Shown: positions 13,782-27,867, counted from the first letter of the stretch. The stretch is DNA of 64,000 nt from Octopus vulgaris (GCA_951406725.2 OX597835.1:17608001-17672000), one strand, 5' to 3'. The notes: generated by a model from the letters alone, not told the origin. Made by a program: numbers and translations.

Positions 13782-13800
13782 CAGCAGCAGCAGAAGCAGC

Positions 13801-13872
<72 letters not shown>

Positions 13873-13920
13873 GGTGGTAGTGGTGTTAGTGGTGGTGGTG
13901 TTGGTGGTGATTTTGGTGGA
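13551..13920. repeat. (AGT)n/(GGT)n/(AGC)n trinucleotide tract
   Basis: Seen directly. Confidence 0.95.
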
Positions 13921-14368
13921 GTAGGTATGAACTGACATTTTGCCAACTTCGGCTCCTTCTCATCAGAACGTTGAGTATCCTCTCCCTCTCTCTCCCCCCC
14001 TCTCTCTCTCTCTCATTCTCCTCCACCGTATCTCTCTTCCTCTCCTTTTTCTCTTGCTCTCCCACTTCTATTTTGTCTGTTTTCATGTGTTTTAGCGTTT
14101 TTTTTTTTGCTTAGTAGCTATCATTATGGATATGCATAGGCATAAAGTTTACATACAGACTTAAACACATAGTTATACGTATACACATACAAAAACATGC
14201 ATACATACATGCACACACACAGAAACACACACACATATATATATATATAGATATTTAGACAGATATAAATAGATATATGCATACACACGCACTCACACGA
14301 AGATACACATGTTTCTGTATATACTCGTACATACGAGGATGCGTATATTCATGTACAGGAGTATGTAT

Positions 14369-14436
<68 letters not shown>

Positions 14437-14489
14437 GCATACATTTATTCATAAATATATGTGCTTATAGATGTATGGCGTATGTATGT

Positions 14490-14750
14490 CGTGGCTGTGT
14501 GTTAAGAAGTTGGCTTCCCGCGCACACGGTTCCGGGTTCGGTCTCACTGCACGGTACATGAGTTTAACAATGTCTTCTATTCTAGCTCCCCCCTCCCGCA
14601 TGCCGACCGAAGACTTGGGACTTTGATTTGTTAGACGGAAACGGAAAAACGTCCACCATATATGTGTGCCTTTTATAATACCTTCGAAAACGACCAAAGC
14701 CTTGTGAATGGATGTGCTAGAAGGAAACTAAAGGAAGCCCGTCGGGTAGA
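14490..14750 (+). mobile_element. SINE family F2, diverged 5' part with partial internal duplication
   Basis: gtggctgtgtgttaagaag...ggttccgggttcggtc, followed by two variants of ccaaagccttgtga...ggaaac. Confidence 0.7.
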
Positions 14751-14942
14751 TATATGTATACGTATGTGTGTCTGTGTGTCTGTGTGTGTGTGTGTACTCG
14801 TTTGCGCGTGTCCATGTGTGTGTATGTGCGAGTGCACGCGCGTATCTTTATATTGCGTGTGTATGAGTCATTTCTGATGTGTGTTTCCCGTTCGTGGTTT
14901 TCAGACGACAGCAATTGAAATATCAATAATCTATGCCTTCGA

Positions 14943-14974
<32 letters not shown>

Positions 14975-15339
14975 GCACACACACACACATACACACACAC
15001 ACATACACACACACACACATGTATATATTTATATATGCCTGTACTCATATGTGTGGATATAGGTACACCCGTATTTACAAATTTGCGTGTATTACGTAAG
15101 AAACGAGATTAAATATGCATAATATAAAGGCGCATGGGAGAAGTCACGTTGAATAGAGTGAAAATAAAAGAAAAAGAGAGCGTTCAGGCGAACAAGCGAA
15201 CAAGAGAGAAAGTAAGAGAGAGAGAGAGAAAGAGAGATAGAGATAGAGAGACTATGAATAGCAATAAGGGTACGAGATACAGATCAACGTATATCCATGT
15301 ATGTAAGTATATTGCTGTTTAGAGAATTAAGTAGACACG

Positions 15340-15409
15340 TATGTATGTATATCTATCTATCTATCTATCTATCTATATATATATATATATATATATATAT
15401 GCATGCATG

Positions 15410-15472
<63 letters not shown>

Positions 15473-15478
15473 GTATGC

Positions 15479-15562
<84 letters not shown>

Positions 15563-15573
15563 ATACATATGTA

Positions 15574-15634
<61 letters not shown>

Positions 15635-15940
15635 CGATAGATAAAGTGAGACACACATACGTTATTAGGCATTATATCTATCTAACTATGTATCTATCTA
15701 TATATCTACCTACATAGCTATATGCAGAATACACATACATATACGTATATATATATATATATATACACCTACATAGCTATATGCAGAATACACACACACA
15801 TATATATATACACACACAGAGACACATACGCACACACATGTATGCTTACATATTTACTATTCTCATATATTCTGTATATAATTACATACAAGTGCACGTA
15901 TGCCTTTGTGTATATACATACATCTCTATCACCCCTCTTT

Positions 15941-15974
<34 letters not shown>

Positions 15975-16086
15975 CTATCTATCCCTCTCTCTCTCTCCCT
16001 CTCTATCTATCCATCTCTCTCTCTATCTATCCATCTCTCTCTCTCTCTCTCTCTCTCTATCCATCTCTCTCTCTATCTATCCCCTT

Positions 16087-16117
<31 letters not shown>

Positions 16118-16156
16118 CCCTTCTCTCTCTCTCTCTATCTATCTATCTATCCCCTT

Positions 16157-16187
<31 letters not shown>

Positions 16188-16211
16188 CCCTTCTCTCTCT
16201 CTCTCTATCCA

Positions 16212-16245
<34 letters not shown>

Positions 16246-16280
16246 CCCTTCTCTCTCTCTATATATATATATATATCTAT

Positions 16281-16341
<61 letters not shown>

Positions 16342-16356
16342 GTAGGTATGTGTATA

Positions 16357-16440
<84 letters not shown>
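15340..16440. repeat. (TA)n and (CT)n/(CTAT) compound tracts, including a ctatctatccccttctctct minisatellite
   Basis: Seen directly. Confidence 0.95.
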
Positions 16441-16443
<3 letters not shown>

Positions 16444-16923
16444 GCATTGGCTGTAAAAACTGAGCTGGTTAATGCTTTACATTTGAAATCCCAGCAGGAT
16501 GAGCTGTGTTTAATAATTAACGGACCAACTGACTCATGGACTGATCCATCTCCAAACGGAACTACTTGCCTCACGCTCGAAACGGGGAAACACACATGCA
16601 CACGTATATATTTGCATACGTCTATAGGAGCATATATATATATATATATGTATAATCTGTAAGTGTGTTTCTTTGTGAGCGTATATATATATATATTTAT
16701 ATATAATATTTGCATATATTTGCATAGTTTTCCTCTCTATCTATTTAGATATTACTAGATTTTACATTGTAAAGGTTTACAGAGAATTAGAAAATTCAGT
16801 TTGAAACTGAACATAATTTTGCGTAAATATTAATAAATATGGCACTAAAATGCAACCTGGGTTATCTTTCATTTTAATATGCAACTGTTTTCTATACAAC
16901 TTTTCACACAAAACGTATGTTAA

Positions 16924-16990
<67 letters not shown>

Positions 16991-17024
16991 ATTGATTAAA
17001 CCTCGCTAAGTTAAATATTTAAAT

Positions 17025-17087
17025 CACCTGAAGAATGACTGTAACTCGAAATTTTTAGAATTCGACAGCCATGAAACGATCGTAGTG
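17025..17087 (+). ncRNA. Type-I hammerhead ribozyme motif with canonical core (Penelope-like)
   Basis: CAC-CTGAAGA (17028-34). Stem II ATGACTGT/ACAGCCAT (7 of 8 bp). GAAA (17073-76), then C-GATC-GT-A and GTG. Stem III region ACGATCGT is palindromic. Predicted cleavage after GUA at 17084. Confidence 0.75.
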
Positions 17088-17219
17088 TTATACTAATTAT
17101 CTTTTTTTAATAATTTTGATATATATTTAAAATAATATAAATTTATTAATCTTATGTATTGGCTTAAGTTTTTCATTGTATGATTTGCCTAATAGTGGTT
17201 TTATCTCTAATTTAATATA

Positions 17220-17261
<42 letters not shown>

Positions 17262-17835
17262 TCTGCGTATTCATACATATGGCATATACACACACAGAGA
17301 CAGTCACAGACAGTTGCCGGTAAAAATGTGGTTGCCCGTAAATCCCTCCAAACACCGGTCAGACAAACAAGGAGACCCTATTATTACAGCTTTTATCCAT
17401 CATCACGTTAAAGGCCACTAGTTGACTTCATTCACACTGAAGTAAGCATTTAACGTATACTGCCACACGTAGATATATCATTTGAATTATCTCCCTTATG
17501 GATTTTCAGATTTACGATATATGTAAGGAACTGCTTCAGATGCAACCGAAAACCTATTGGCTCAATTCTGGATTCATCTAGCATCTCTCTCAATTTGATT
17601 TATGCCATGTGGAACACATAAATGTGTATCTGATCTTGGACCAAAAATTTAGCTTCTAAACATACACTCATTATATTTCCTTCAATATGTTTCAGATTCA
17701 TTTCTGTCGTCGGCCGATAAAATACTGATTCATGATTTGAGCTCTCATACTAGCAATAAGATTGCTCTCCGTTTTCAGTAAATGCAAGATAGGGTAAGAG
17801 AAAATGAAAATGGATTGTAATGGGGTGGATATAAC

Positions 17836-17855
17836 AATATAAATATATATATATA

Positions 17856-17895
<40 letters not shown>

Positions 17896-17909
17896 AATAT
17901 ATATATATA

Positions 17910-17965
<56 letters not shown>

Positions 17966-18018
17966 TATATATATAAATATATATATATATAAATATATAT
18001 ATATAAATATATATATAT

Positions 18019-18088
<70 letters not shown>

Positions 18089-18301
18089 TATATATATAAA
18101 TATATATATATAAATATATATATAAATATATATATATAATATATATATATATATAAATATATATATAAATATATATATATAAATATATATATATATAAAT
18201 ATATAAATATATATATATAAATATATATAAATATATATATATAAATATATATAAATATATATATATAAATATATATATATAAATATATATATATAATATA
18301 T

Positions 18302-18332
<31 letters not shown>

Positions 18333-18335
18333 AAT
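17836..18335. repeat. About 500-bp pure A/T tract, (TA)n punctuated by AAAT
   Basis: Seen directly. Confidence 0.95.
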
Positions 18336-18973
18336 GTATATTCACTTCTCTACTATTTACATACACAAACACACACACACTTATATATGATCAAATTTGT
18401 TCTAACACCAGTTTGTGTATGATATAGATACACAATACCTCCTTACCCACCTCGCTCTGATATAGAACCAATCCCAATAAATCCTATAATACTAATGTAC
18501 ACATTGGTATTCTTATCCATTAGCTTTAGATATCGACCCTTCCACCCCATTATTTTAAAGCATAAACTATATATATATGATAACAACGAAAATAATAACA
18601 ACAGCGATATTGGTGATGATGATGATGACGATGATGATGATAATAGTGCTGGTGATGGTGATGGTGGTGAAAAGCACAGAAATATCACCCGAGAAAATGC
18701 TTGCCCCTCCTTTTCCTCTATATCCTTCCTGCTGCGCCCTTAATGATTGCAACATGAAACGAACCTATTATGATGACTATTCCCTTTTTCTCGAATCTCG
18801 AATCTCAACGGTCCTGGCGTCGCTTGATCTTTAATTCAATCTTTTATTTTATGATCCCAACAACCATTCCTTCTCTATTTATTAATCTATTTCTTTATTT
18901 ATTAATATATTTATTAGATTTTTCTTTGACATCTGTTTGAACATATTTGGTGGTTCACATAAGAGAAGAAACT

Positions 18974-19287
18974 TGTTGTTGTTTGTTTGTTCCTTCTCGA
19001 GCCATGCGTGGCTCATAAGGGCCGGTTTCCCGGTTTCCTTGGCGTATAGGTCCCCCACATGGACGGGACGTCGGTCCGTCGCTGGCGAGTTGCAAGATGC
19101 AGGAGGAAAGAGTGAGAGAAAGTTGTGGCAAAAGAGTCAGCAGATGTTTGTCATTACCTTCTGCCGGAGCCGCGTGGAGCTTAGGTGTTTCGCTCATAAA
19201 CACATACATCACCCGGTCTGAGATTCGAACCCGCGATCCCTCGACCGTAAATCCGCTGCCCTAACCACTAGGCCATGTGCCTCCACG
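18974..19287 (-). mobile_element. Full-length tRNA-derived SINE, head A + tail X, with 12-bp TSD
   Basis: A box tggcctagtgg and B box ggttcgaatc. (AAC)-rich tail. TSD AGAGAAGAAACT at 18962-18973 and 19288-19299. Confidence 0.92.
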
Positions 19288-19529
19288 AGAGAAGAAACTC
19301 CCAACGTATCTGTGAAAGTCAAGTGGAACATGATACTACATATTTGTATATTCGTTCAACGCATCTGGTTTGGTCATGCCAGCTTACACAGAATGTGTCT
19401 GCATGATTCGGCCCTGTCTTTATTTTGCGAATATCATTGCTAACAGAGATATACTTGTTACTTCTAAACATAAAATAATCTGTATATGGGAAATTTTCTG
19501 TCCACAAACATATACGTACGTTCAACCTA

Positions 19530-19790
19530 CATAGCTGCCGATATGAATGTCACTTTGAGTAGCAAAATCAAAGAGGATTCCTGTAAAGAATTGCTTCGAA
19601 AATTTCTGCTTCTGTATCCAGATTATCAATTCCCGTGTATGCCAATAACGACCCGTGCTTGTAAATACCTAGGTGACAATCTGGAGATGCTACGACTTTC
19701 AGAAAGAGAAATCAAGTTATTCAAATCACAAATGTAATTTATAAGCGGAGCTATAGAGATACGCAAAATTTTCTCAAGAAAAGCATTCGA
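19530..19790 (+). mobile_element. Decayed C-terminus of an RLE-type (R4/Dong-like) non-LTR retrotransposon ORF
   Basis: ADMNVTLSSKIKEDSCKELLRKFLLLYPDYQFPCMPI...NLEMLRLSERE...ISGAIEIRK resembles the post-RLE region (cf. PADxN..K..EK...Y..L...P..GA.G). Confidence 0.55.
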
Positions 19791-19998
19791 CATTAGTTTT
19801 GTTACCTATATTTCATTGATGGGGTTGTTTAAGTTTGCTAAAAACGAACCTCTCCCTTACAGGAAAACTCCACATAATTAAAAGTAACAGGAACAATATA
19901 TACACGCGCGTACACATACACTCTCCCTCTTACTCAAACACCACACACACACACACACACACATACACAAACTAGAACATGCGTGTTTATATATTTAC

Positions 19999-20029
<31 letters not shown>

Positions 20030-20195
20030 CGTGTGTGTGTTGTGTGTGTGTGCATACATTTTAGAAGATTTATTCTTCCTTCTTCTCTGTGAGTAGGAAA
20101 CCTTAGGTACCAGCAACACAATATATACTCCTTTGAAAATTCTTTTTTGTTATCTGCTTTCCCGATTTTGAGCACACTTTGTACAAGGGCGTTAC

Positions 20196-20238
<43 letters not shown>

Positions 20239-20738
20239 TACACACACAACATACAGAGACACACACTCTGGTACACACAATTCCTGTTGCTTTCACTCTT
20301 TTTCTTCCTCACTCAAACACACATCAGCCGGAAGATTTTCCGCACAGATTCCTTAAAGTAAATGTGACTCACAAGGCATTTCAAACAAAATCGATTCGAC
20401 GTAGTCTGTAGACCATCTTTATCACGCAGCGACGCCTGAGGCCATCTCCCCAAGTCTCTCCTTCCTGGTTTCCTCGTAAGTTTTTGTAAAACACTTGTTA
20501 TATGTCAGTCACCTTCCACTTTCAGACAATGGTTTTTTTGTTGTGGTGGTTATTCATTGATAAATGGTTTCCATTAATGAAGAGGTTATTCAGCGTCCGT
20601 CAACTTAAGGTCACTAGTACAACACACATTCCTAATACATACATCCATCCATCCCAGCCGCATCGCATTACACTGACACTATCATAAACCGTCACCTGAG
20701 CAGCGGGAAGCCATACAGCATCAAACATATTTCAATTA

Positions 20739-20739
<1 letters not shown>

Positions 20740-20774
<35 letters not shown>

Positions 20775-20903
20775 CACACACATATTTACGTAAGTACATA
20801 TGTTTATGTGCGTAGGTATGATTGTGTTCATATGTAAATGTATACACGTGTGAGTGTGTATGTATGTGTGTGTGTATATGTATATATATATATATACATA
20901 TAC

Positions 20904-20973
<70 letters not shown>

Positions 20974-21169
20974 CATATATACGTATATATACATATATAT
21001 ACATATATATACATACATATATACATATATAAACATACATATATACATATACACATATACATACATATATATACTTACATATACATACATATATACATAT
21101 ATATACATACATATATACATATATAAACATACATATATACATATACATATATACATACATATATATACT

Positions 21170-21213
<44 letters not shown>
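20740..21213. repeat. (CA)n/(TA)n/(TACA) compound tract
   Basis: Seen directly. Confidence 0.95.
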
Positions 21214-21215
<2 letters not shown>

Positions 21216-21431
21216 CTGCATCGTGTCGACCTTTTAACCCTGATATCTCGGAGCAAGTCTGACCTTTCAGCGTTTTTCAACTCACTTAACATCGAATCAT
21301 ATAAATTAAAACTAAAACCTAAAAATATATACAAATATACAACGAATTATTATAGAATGACTGATTAAGTGGAAGAAAAATATTAAAAAATAAAGGAAAA
21401 ATGAAGTGCTTTTAAAATTATTACTATTATT

Positions 21432-21466
<35 letters not shown>

Positions 21467-21657
21467 TATCATCATCATTATTATTATTATTGCTCCTGTT
21501 ATTATTTTGTTTATTTATCATTATAATCATCACAATGAAGACGGTGTTTTCACGGAAATGCTAAAGGATCGAGAAATGCTATTTCTTTTGGCTCGATATA
21601 TTTTTGAGACTCGTCCGGTCCACTGACAGTCACGTGCAGGGGCGTCACTTCACAACA

Positions 21658-21688
<31 letters not shown>

Positions 21689-21692
21689 ACAA

Positions 21693-21875
21693 CACCAGGA
21701 CTAGAAAATATACAGAAAATAGCACTTCTAGGCACCGCAAACATCCTACGTAAAACACTTTCAAGACAGTAACTATAAGAGCATTACAACAAATTACAGC
21801 ACATACCCAAGGCACACAGAGCTGCGCTCGGTAGTGAAGTGAAAGCACATTGTAAAAATAAGACTACTGAATAAT
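21693..21875 (+). mobile_element. 3' end of an R4/Dong-like LINE inserted in (AAT)n
   Basis: PGLENIQKIALLGTANILRKTLSRQ* matches the terminal QK.ALLGTA.ILR motif. Short 3' UTR. (AAT)n on both sides. Confidence 0.8.
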
Positions 21876-22038
21876 AATAATAATAATATAAATATTAATA
21901 ATAATAATAATAATGATAATAATAATGATAATAATAATAATAATAATGATAATAATAATAATAATGATAATAATAATAATAATAATAATAACAATAATAA
22001 TAATAATTATTATTATTGATATTATTATTATTATTATT
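21870..22038. repeat. (AAT)n/(ATT)n microsatellite
   Basis: Seen directly. Confidence 0.95.
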
Positions 22039-22535
22039 CCTTTCTACTAAAGGCAAAGTTCTGAAATTTTGGGTGGGATGGAAGAAGTAGATTACATCAA
22101 GCACAGCCCTCGACTGGCACTTATTTTATCGACACCGAAAGTATGAAAGACAAAGTCAACCGCGGCAGCATTTGAACTCAGGACTCGTCTTTAACCCTCG
22201 TTAAGATGAGTGAAATGCCAAGCATCTTTTCCTGAATGCTGAGCGACATTTCGTCCATCTGTAGGTTCTGAGTTCAAATTCTGCCAAGGTCGACTTGGCT
22301 TGTTTGTCTACTGAATGCTGTGCGCTAGCAGATTAGCAACCTCACCGGATAAGACGCTTGGCAATATTTAATCCGTCTACACCTTCTGAGTTCAAGTAAC
22401 GCCGGGGTAAACTTTGCCGTTCAAATATTCGGTATGGATCAAATAATTGCCAGTTGAGCGTTGGCGTCGATGCAATCGACTTAACTCCTTCCCTTGAAGC
22501 TGCTGTGCTAAAATATGAAACCGTTATTTGGCATT
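22038..22535. mobile_element. Cluster of three degenerate F1 SINE pieces (-, +, +)
   Basis: tttatcgacaccgaaagtatgaaagacaaagtc (-); ttctgagttcaaattctgccaaggtcgac (+); ttctgagttcaag...gtcgatgcaatcgactta (+). Confidence 0.7.
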
Positions 22536-22649
22536 GATACAAGTAGAAGGTCACTCAGTTTGGCGTCTAGACGACTGTTGGCTAAATCTGCTCCAGAATG
22601 AGCTTGGTACACCATTTCATCAATCATTGAATGGTGAAAATCAAATATA

Positions 22650-22757
22650 TGCAGGTGTGCCTGTGTGGCAAGAAGCTCGGTTCCCAACCGTATGTTTCCG
22701 GGTTCAGTCCCACTTCGAGACACCTTGGACAAATGTCTTCCACTATAGCCTCGGGCT
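22650..22757 (+). mobile_element. F2 SINE head fragment
   Basis: tgtgtggcaagaagctc...ccgggttcagtcccac...accttggacaaatgtcttccactatagcctcggg. Confidence 0.75.
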
Positions 22758-22829
22758 GCCCTCCCTTTTCCTCTCCCTACTTCCCTCTCTCCTCTGCTTC
22801 CTCTTCCACTGCATTCTCCTCTTCCTCTT

Positions 22830-23150
22830 GCAACAACAACAACAACTACTACAACTGCTGCTGCTGCCGTTGCTGCTTCTACTCTACTACTGCTGCTACT
22901 ACTACTGCTACAACTACTGCTACTACTATAACTACTACTACTACTACTACTGCTGCTGCTGCTACTGCTACTACTACTACTACAACTACTACTACTTCTA
23001 CTACTATAAGGATTACGACAGCAACGATGACTGCTGCAGCATCAGTATTAAGCACCACCACAACAAACACGAGCAACAGAACAATCACAACAACAACAAC
23101 AACAACAACCACCTCTACAACAATAACAACAATCACATCTACAACAAATA
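22830..23150. repeat. (ACT)n/(CAA)n/(GCT)n trinucleotide tract
   Basis: Seen directly. Confidence 0.9.
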
Positions 23151-23506
23151 GAGAAGCAACAACAAACCCGACAATATTTTCAACAAAAAGAAAACAAAAA
23201 CAGAAAATGGCGAAAAATAATTTGATCTTCTTTGAAGATGATAAGTATTATTCGGTGGAAGCCATAAGTATCCTGCCGATTTATTTCCACTGTCTAATCT
23301 TGGGGGTAGGGTTTGCCTTGAGGATTGCCACTCAGTTGCAGGCGTTCGAATAAGATCTTCGATCTCAGGAGAATTACGACCCTTTTCGTTGTCAGTCCTG
23401 GGGTGGCGGTGAGTAGGTTTGTAAACTATCATGGCCGCCATATTAATTCCTTCTTTTGTTGGGTCATATAAGGATCAGCCAGAGTAATTAATATAATTAA
23501 TAAATG

Positions 23507-23978
23507 AGTAGTGGCTGTGTAGTAAGAAGCTTGCCTCCGAGCCACACGGTTCTCGGGTTCAGGCCCACTACGTGGCACCTTGGGTAAGTGCCGCTACTGT
23601 AGCCCTAGGCTAACAAAAGCCTTGTGAGTGGTTTTGGTAGAAGTGGATTATTTATACACTCACTCACACACACTCACACACACTCAAATATATTTATACA
23701 CACACACACACATCACACACACACATCACACACACACACATCACACACACACACGTGTATGTGTGTGCGTGTGTGTGTGCTTGTCCCTCATCATCGCTTG
23801 ACAACTTGTACTGGTGTGTTTACGGCCCCGTAACTTAGCAATTCAGTAAAAGAAACTGATAGAATAAGTGCCAGCCTTAGAAAGAAACAGTAAGAAAAAA
23901 CGAAAAGAAAAAAAATACTGCTCGATTCGCTCGACTAAATGCTCCAGTATGGCCCCAGTAAATGACTGAAACAGTAAA
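23507..23978 (+). mobile_element. SINE family F2, diverged full copy
   Basis: Head gtggctgtgtagtaagaagcttgc, internal microsatellite, tail gctccagtatggcc...aatgactgaaacagtaaa. Confidence 0.82.
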
Positions 23979-24517
23979 TATACAATATAAAATGTAAAAC
24001 AAAGAAAAAACATACGAAAACTGGACACCAAACGGAATCAAACTTACAAATTGTTGCTCTCTTTTGAGATGATCATCCTTAGACAATCCTCGCAGGCAGT
24101 ATATATCCTGTGACTTAACTATAACTATGATCAGCTATCTGTTAGCTACACAATTTATGCTAATAAATCGAGTTTTCTATACATATCGTTTTATTCGAAC
24201 GTTTTATCAATCGATGGCTGTTATGGGAGGGATTTCCTCCGCCAGAAACAATTCTGAAACCATTCTTTCAGTAAATACATTCACAAGACTTGACTAGACA
24301 GGAATTTCAAGCGATATACGACACCTGACAACTAACAATGATTGTGGTCTCTTTTGTCGTTGAATGAGGTGTTTTTTTTTAATTGTTATTCAATGAGGAT
24401 CCAAGACAGACTCTGTTTTTATAATAAATACTACCATATGTATGTGTATCGATTTTCGATCATAATATATACATATGCACAGTAAAGCATACATACATGC
24501 ACAAATACGGGTACATG

Positions 24518-24556
<39 letters not shown>

Positions 24557-24809
24557 ATGTAAAACGTAGGAAAAGATTACATCCTGGATACACTAAATGG
24601 AGGAAACATTGATTATTTGTCTACTTGAATGGCATATAACACGTCTAGGCTACCGTCCTCCTTTTATATGTATCTACATTATAGAAACACTAAAGTTCGA
24701 CGTTTGCTATACACACACACACACACACGCGCACATACACACGTTTTATACCTTCGTGTGGGTATGTATCTATGCATATATATTTGCTAGTATATCTATG
24801 AATGTATGA

Positions 24810-24861
24810 ATATACATATATACATACACACACGCACATTTATATACATATATATATATAC

Positions 24862-24908
<47 letters not shown>

Positions 24909-24995
24909 CATACATATATATATACATATATATATATACATATACATATATATATACATATACATATATATATACATATACATATATACATATAC

Positions 24996-25032
<37 letters not shown>

Positions 25033-25042
25033 CATATATATA
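24810..25042. repeat. (TA)n/(TACA) tract
   Basis: Seen directly. Confidence 0.95.
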
Positions 25043-25311
25043 TGGCTATGATCAAGGTCTAATATCTAATCCTAGCTTTATATGTATACATACAAACATA
25101 AACTCTTTATTAACCTGATATTATTAATTATATATATATGAGGTGAGGTAGCTTTGTGTCTGCTTTTGTCCCTCACTTGACGACCGATGTCGGTGTGGTT
25201 AAGTTCCCACAATATTAGTGGTTCGGCCAAAGGCACCGATGTAATAAGTATCACACTTAACAAAATGCATTATTACTGGGGTGACTTCATTCGACTAAAA
25301 ATAAATTGTTC

Positions 25312-25620
25312 CAGGCCTGTGTAGTGGTTAGGATATTCGGCCCTGTATCGTAAGGTCACGAGTTCGATTTCTGGTCAAGTGTTGTGTCCCTGAGCAAGAT
25401 AATTTATTTCCCGTTGCTCCAGCGAAAAGAAATAGTACCTGTAATTTCAAAGGGGCAAACTTGCCACACTGTGTCTTTGGTTGAATTCCTCCTGAGAACT
25501 ACTTTAATGTTACACATGTCTGTGGAGTGCTCAGCCACATGCGCATTAATATAACGAGCAGCCCTGTTCCGTTGATCGACTCAGTTGGAACACTCACCGT
25601 CCTAACCGACGGAGGTCCAG
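25312..25620 (+). mobile_element. tRNA-derived SINE, head B + tail Y
   Basis: tagtggttagg...gagttcgatt head. Body ctgagaactac...tgtggagtgctcagccac...ctgttccgttgatcg...accgacgga is shared with 47588-47870 and partly with 52739-52845. Confidence 0.8.
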
Positions 25621-26109
25621 TTAATATGCCTGCGTGCTTCTATGAATTCCTTCAATGCACGAAACGATGGGTTTGCACCTGGGAAACCTTGTTTCGCTCT
25701 TATTGTCAGAGCAGCGTCTATTGTGATTGTAAAGAGAAGCCCATATTCGCAATAACGTGTAGGCTACGTACACACACACACACACACACAGATACACACA
25801 GAAACACTCCTTACTATTCCTAGATATGTTTACTTATACACACATATATACACAGACGTATATGAAAGTATATATAGCATACATATGTTGCATGTATACG
25901 TATATATAATTACAAGCATATCTGAACACATACATACACACACACACACATACACACATATATATATATAAACACATATATGTGAATATATGTTTGTTTA
26001 TATATATGTACATATCAACATGTTTACATATACGTGCACACATTCTCTCATTAATATATAGAGACAGGTATACTTATATAGGCATATATACATATCTGTA
26101 TACGTATAT

Positions 26110-26267
26110 ATAATGTATATATATATTATATATACATACATACATATATATATTATATATATACATACATACATATATATATACATACATACATATATAT
26201 ATACATACATATATATATATACATACATATATATATATATACATACATATATATATATACATACATA

Positions 26268-26309
<42 letters not shown>

Positions 26310-26496
26310 CATACATACATATATACATACATATATATATATATACATACATACATACATATATATATACATACATACATATATATATACATACATATAT
26401 ATATATATACATACATATATATATATATATACATACATATATATATATATATACATACATATATATATATATATACATACATACATATATATATAT

Positions 26497-26529
<33 letters not shown>

Positions 26530-26611
26530 CATACATACATATATATATACATACATATATATATATATATATATACATACATATATATATATATACATAC
26601 ATGTATGTATG

Positions 26612-26648
<37 letters not shown>

Positions 26649-26650
26649 GC
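26110..26650. repeat. (TA)n/(TACA)n compound tract
   Basis: Seen directly. Confidence 0.95.
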
Positions 26651-26981
26651 AGGTAAATATATATGTATTCATATATACGTGTTTATGTATTTATGTATGT
26701 ATATGTATACGTACACAAACAGAAATGCACATACATACGTATACACACTCAGGTAAATACATACACAAAACTATGTGTGTATACATGCTAAAATTTGTAC
26801 GTTTTCTGTAAAATTTTACATGGAAACTGTTAACCATTAACATAAAAGCACTCAATAATTTTAAGTAGATCTTAAATTACCTCCTCTTCTCTCCACTTAC
26901 ATATACATAAACATACATATATACACACGTACAATCATATATACATACATACATACATACACACGTACAATCATATATACA

Positions 26982-27017
<36 letters not shown>

Positions 27018-27031
27018 TATATATACATACA

Positions 27032-27065
<34 letters not shown>

Positions 27066-27207
27066 AACACACATATATGTATATATGTTTGTTTATATAT
27101 ATGTACATATCAACATGTTTACCTATACGTGCACACATGCTCACATTAATATATAGAGACAGGTATACTTATATACACATATATACATATCTGTATACGT
27201 ATATATG

Positions 27208-27239
<32 letters not shown>

Positions 27240-27771
27240 TATATACATATATATAATTCACATATGCACATACACGCCTATGCATACTTACACTCGTAAA
27301 TGCATATACACACATGTGCACTGCACCGACGTAATATATTTTTTCTACGATAATCTACAACTGCAATTAATCCTAAAATATCAACTTTTTTTGGTTCATT
27401 TCTCCGAAAAAAAATATAAATCTTATTTAATTCAACATCAAATTGTGTTTATATATTATACGCTTATAGCGTGCTTACTGCACTTTTGACATTTATTGAA
27501 GATTAACGTTCTATTAGATAGCTTGGATCTTCCGCTAGCGGTCTGTTTGCCGGTTAACGTTATTGTTGTTTATCGTTTGCTGTTTGCTTGCTGTATATTT
27601 GCTATTGATGTTGTCAATGTTATTGCTGCTGCCTTTGTTGTTGTTGTTGTTGTTGCTGCTGCTGTCTTTGTTGTTGTTGTTGTTGTTGTTGTAATATATT
27701 TTCTCTTTGTGTGTTTGTCTATGTGTGTGAGCCCTTTTTTTTTTCATTAAAGCTACGTTGTTTACTTCACG

Positions 27772-27827
27772 AATAATAATAATAATGATAATGAAAATAC
27801 CACTACTACTACTACAAACTAATAATA

Positions 27828-27867
<40 letters not shown>

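Noticed and set aside
12814-13946. Poly-S/T/D/M/L ORFs as a possible exon
   Set aside because: These are triplet repeats open in most frames; no domain or convincing splice context.
13945-13970. CTGATGA...GAAG on minus as a hammerhead
   Set aside because: No stem II, and GAAG instead of GAAA.
16495-16590. gatgagc...gctcgaaac as a hammerhead
   Set aside because: C3 and U4 are missing, and there is no stem III or cleavage triplet.
22528-23353. 207-aa and 240-aa ORFs
   Set aside because: They read through a SINE head and triplet repeats.
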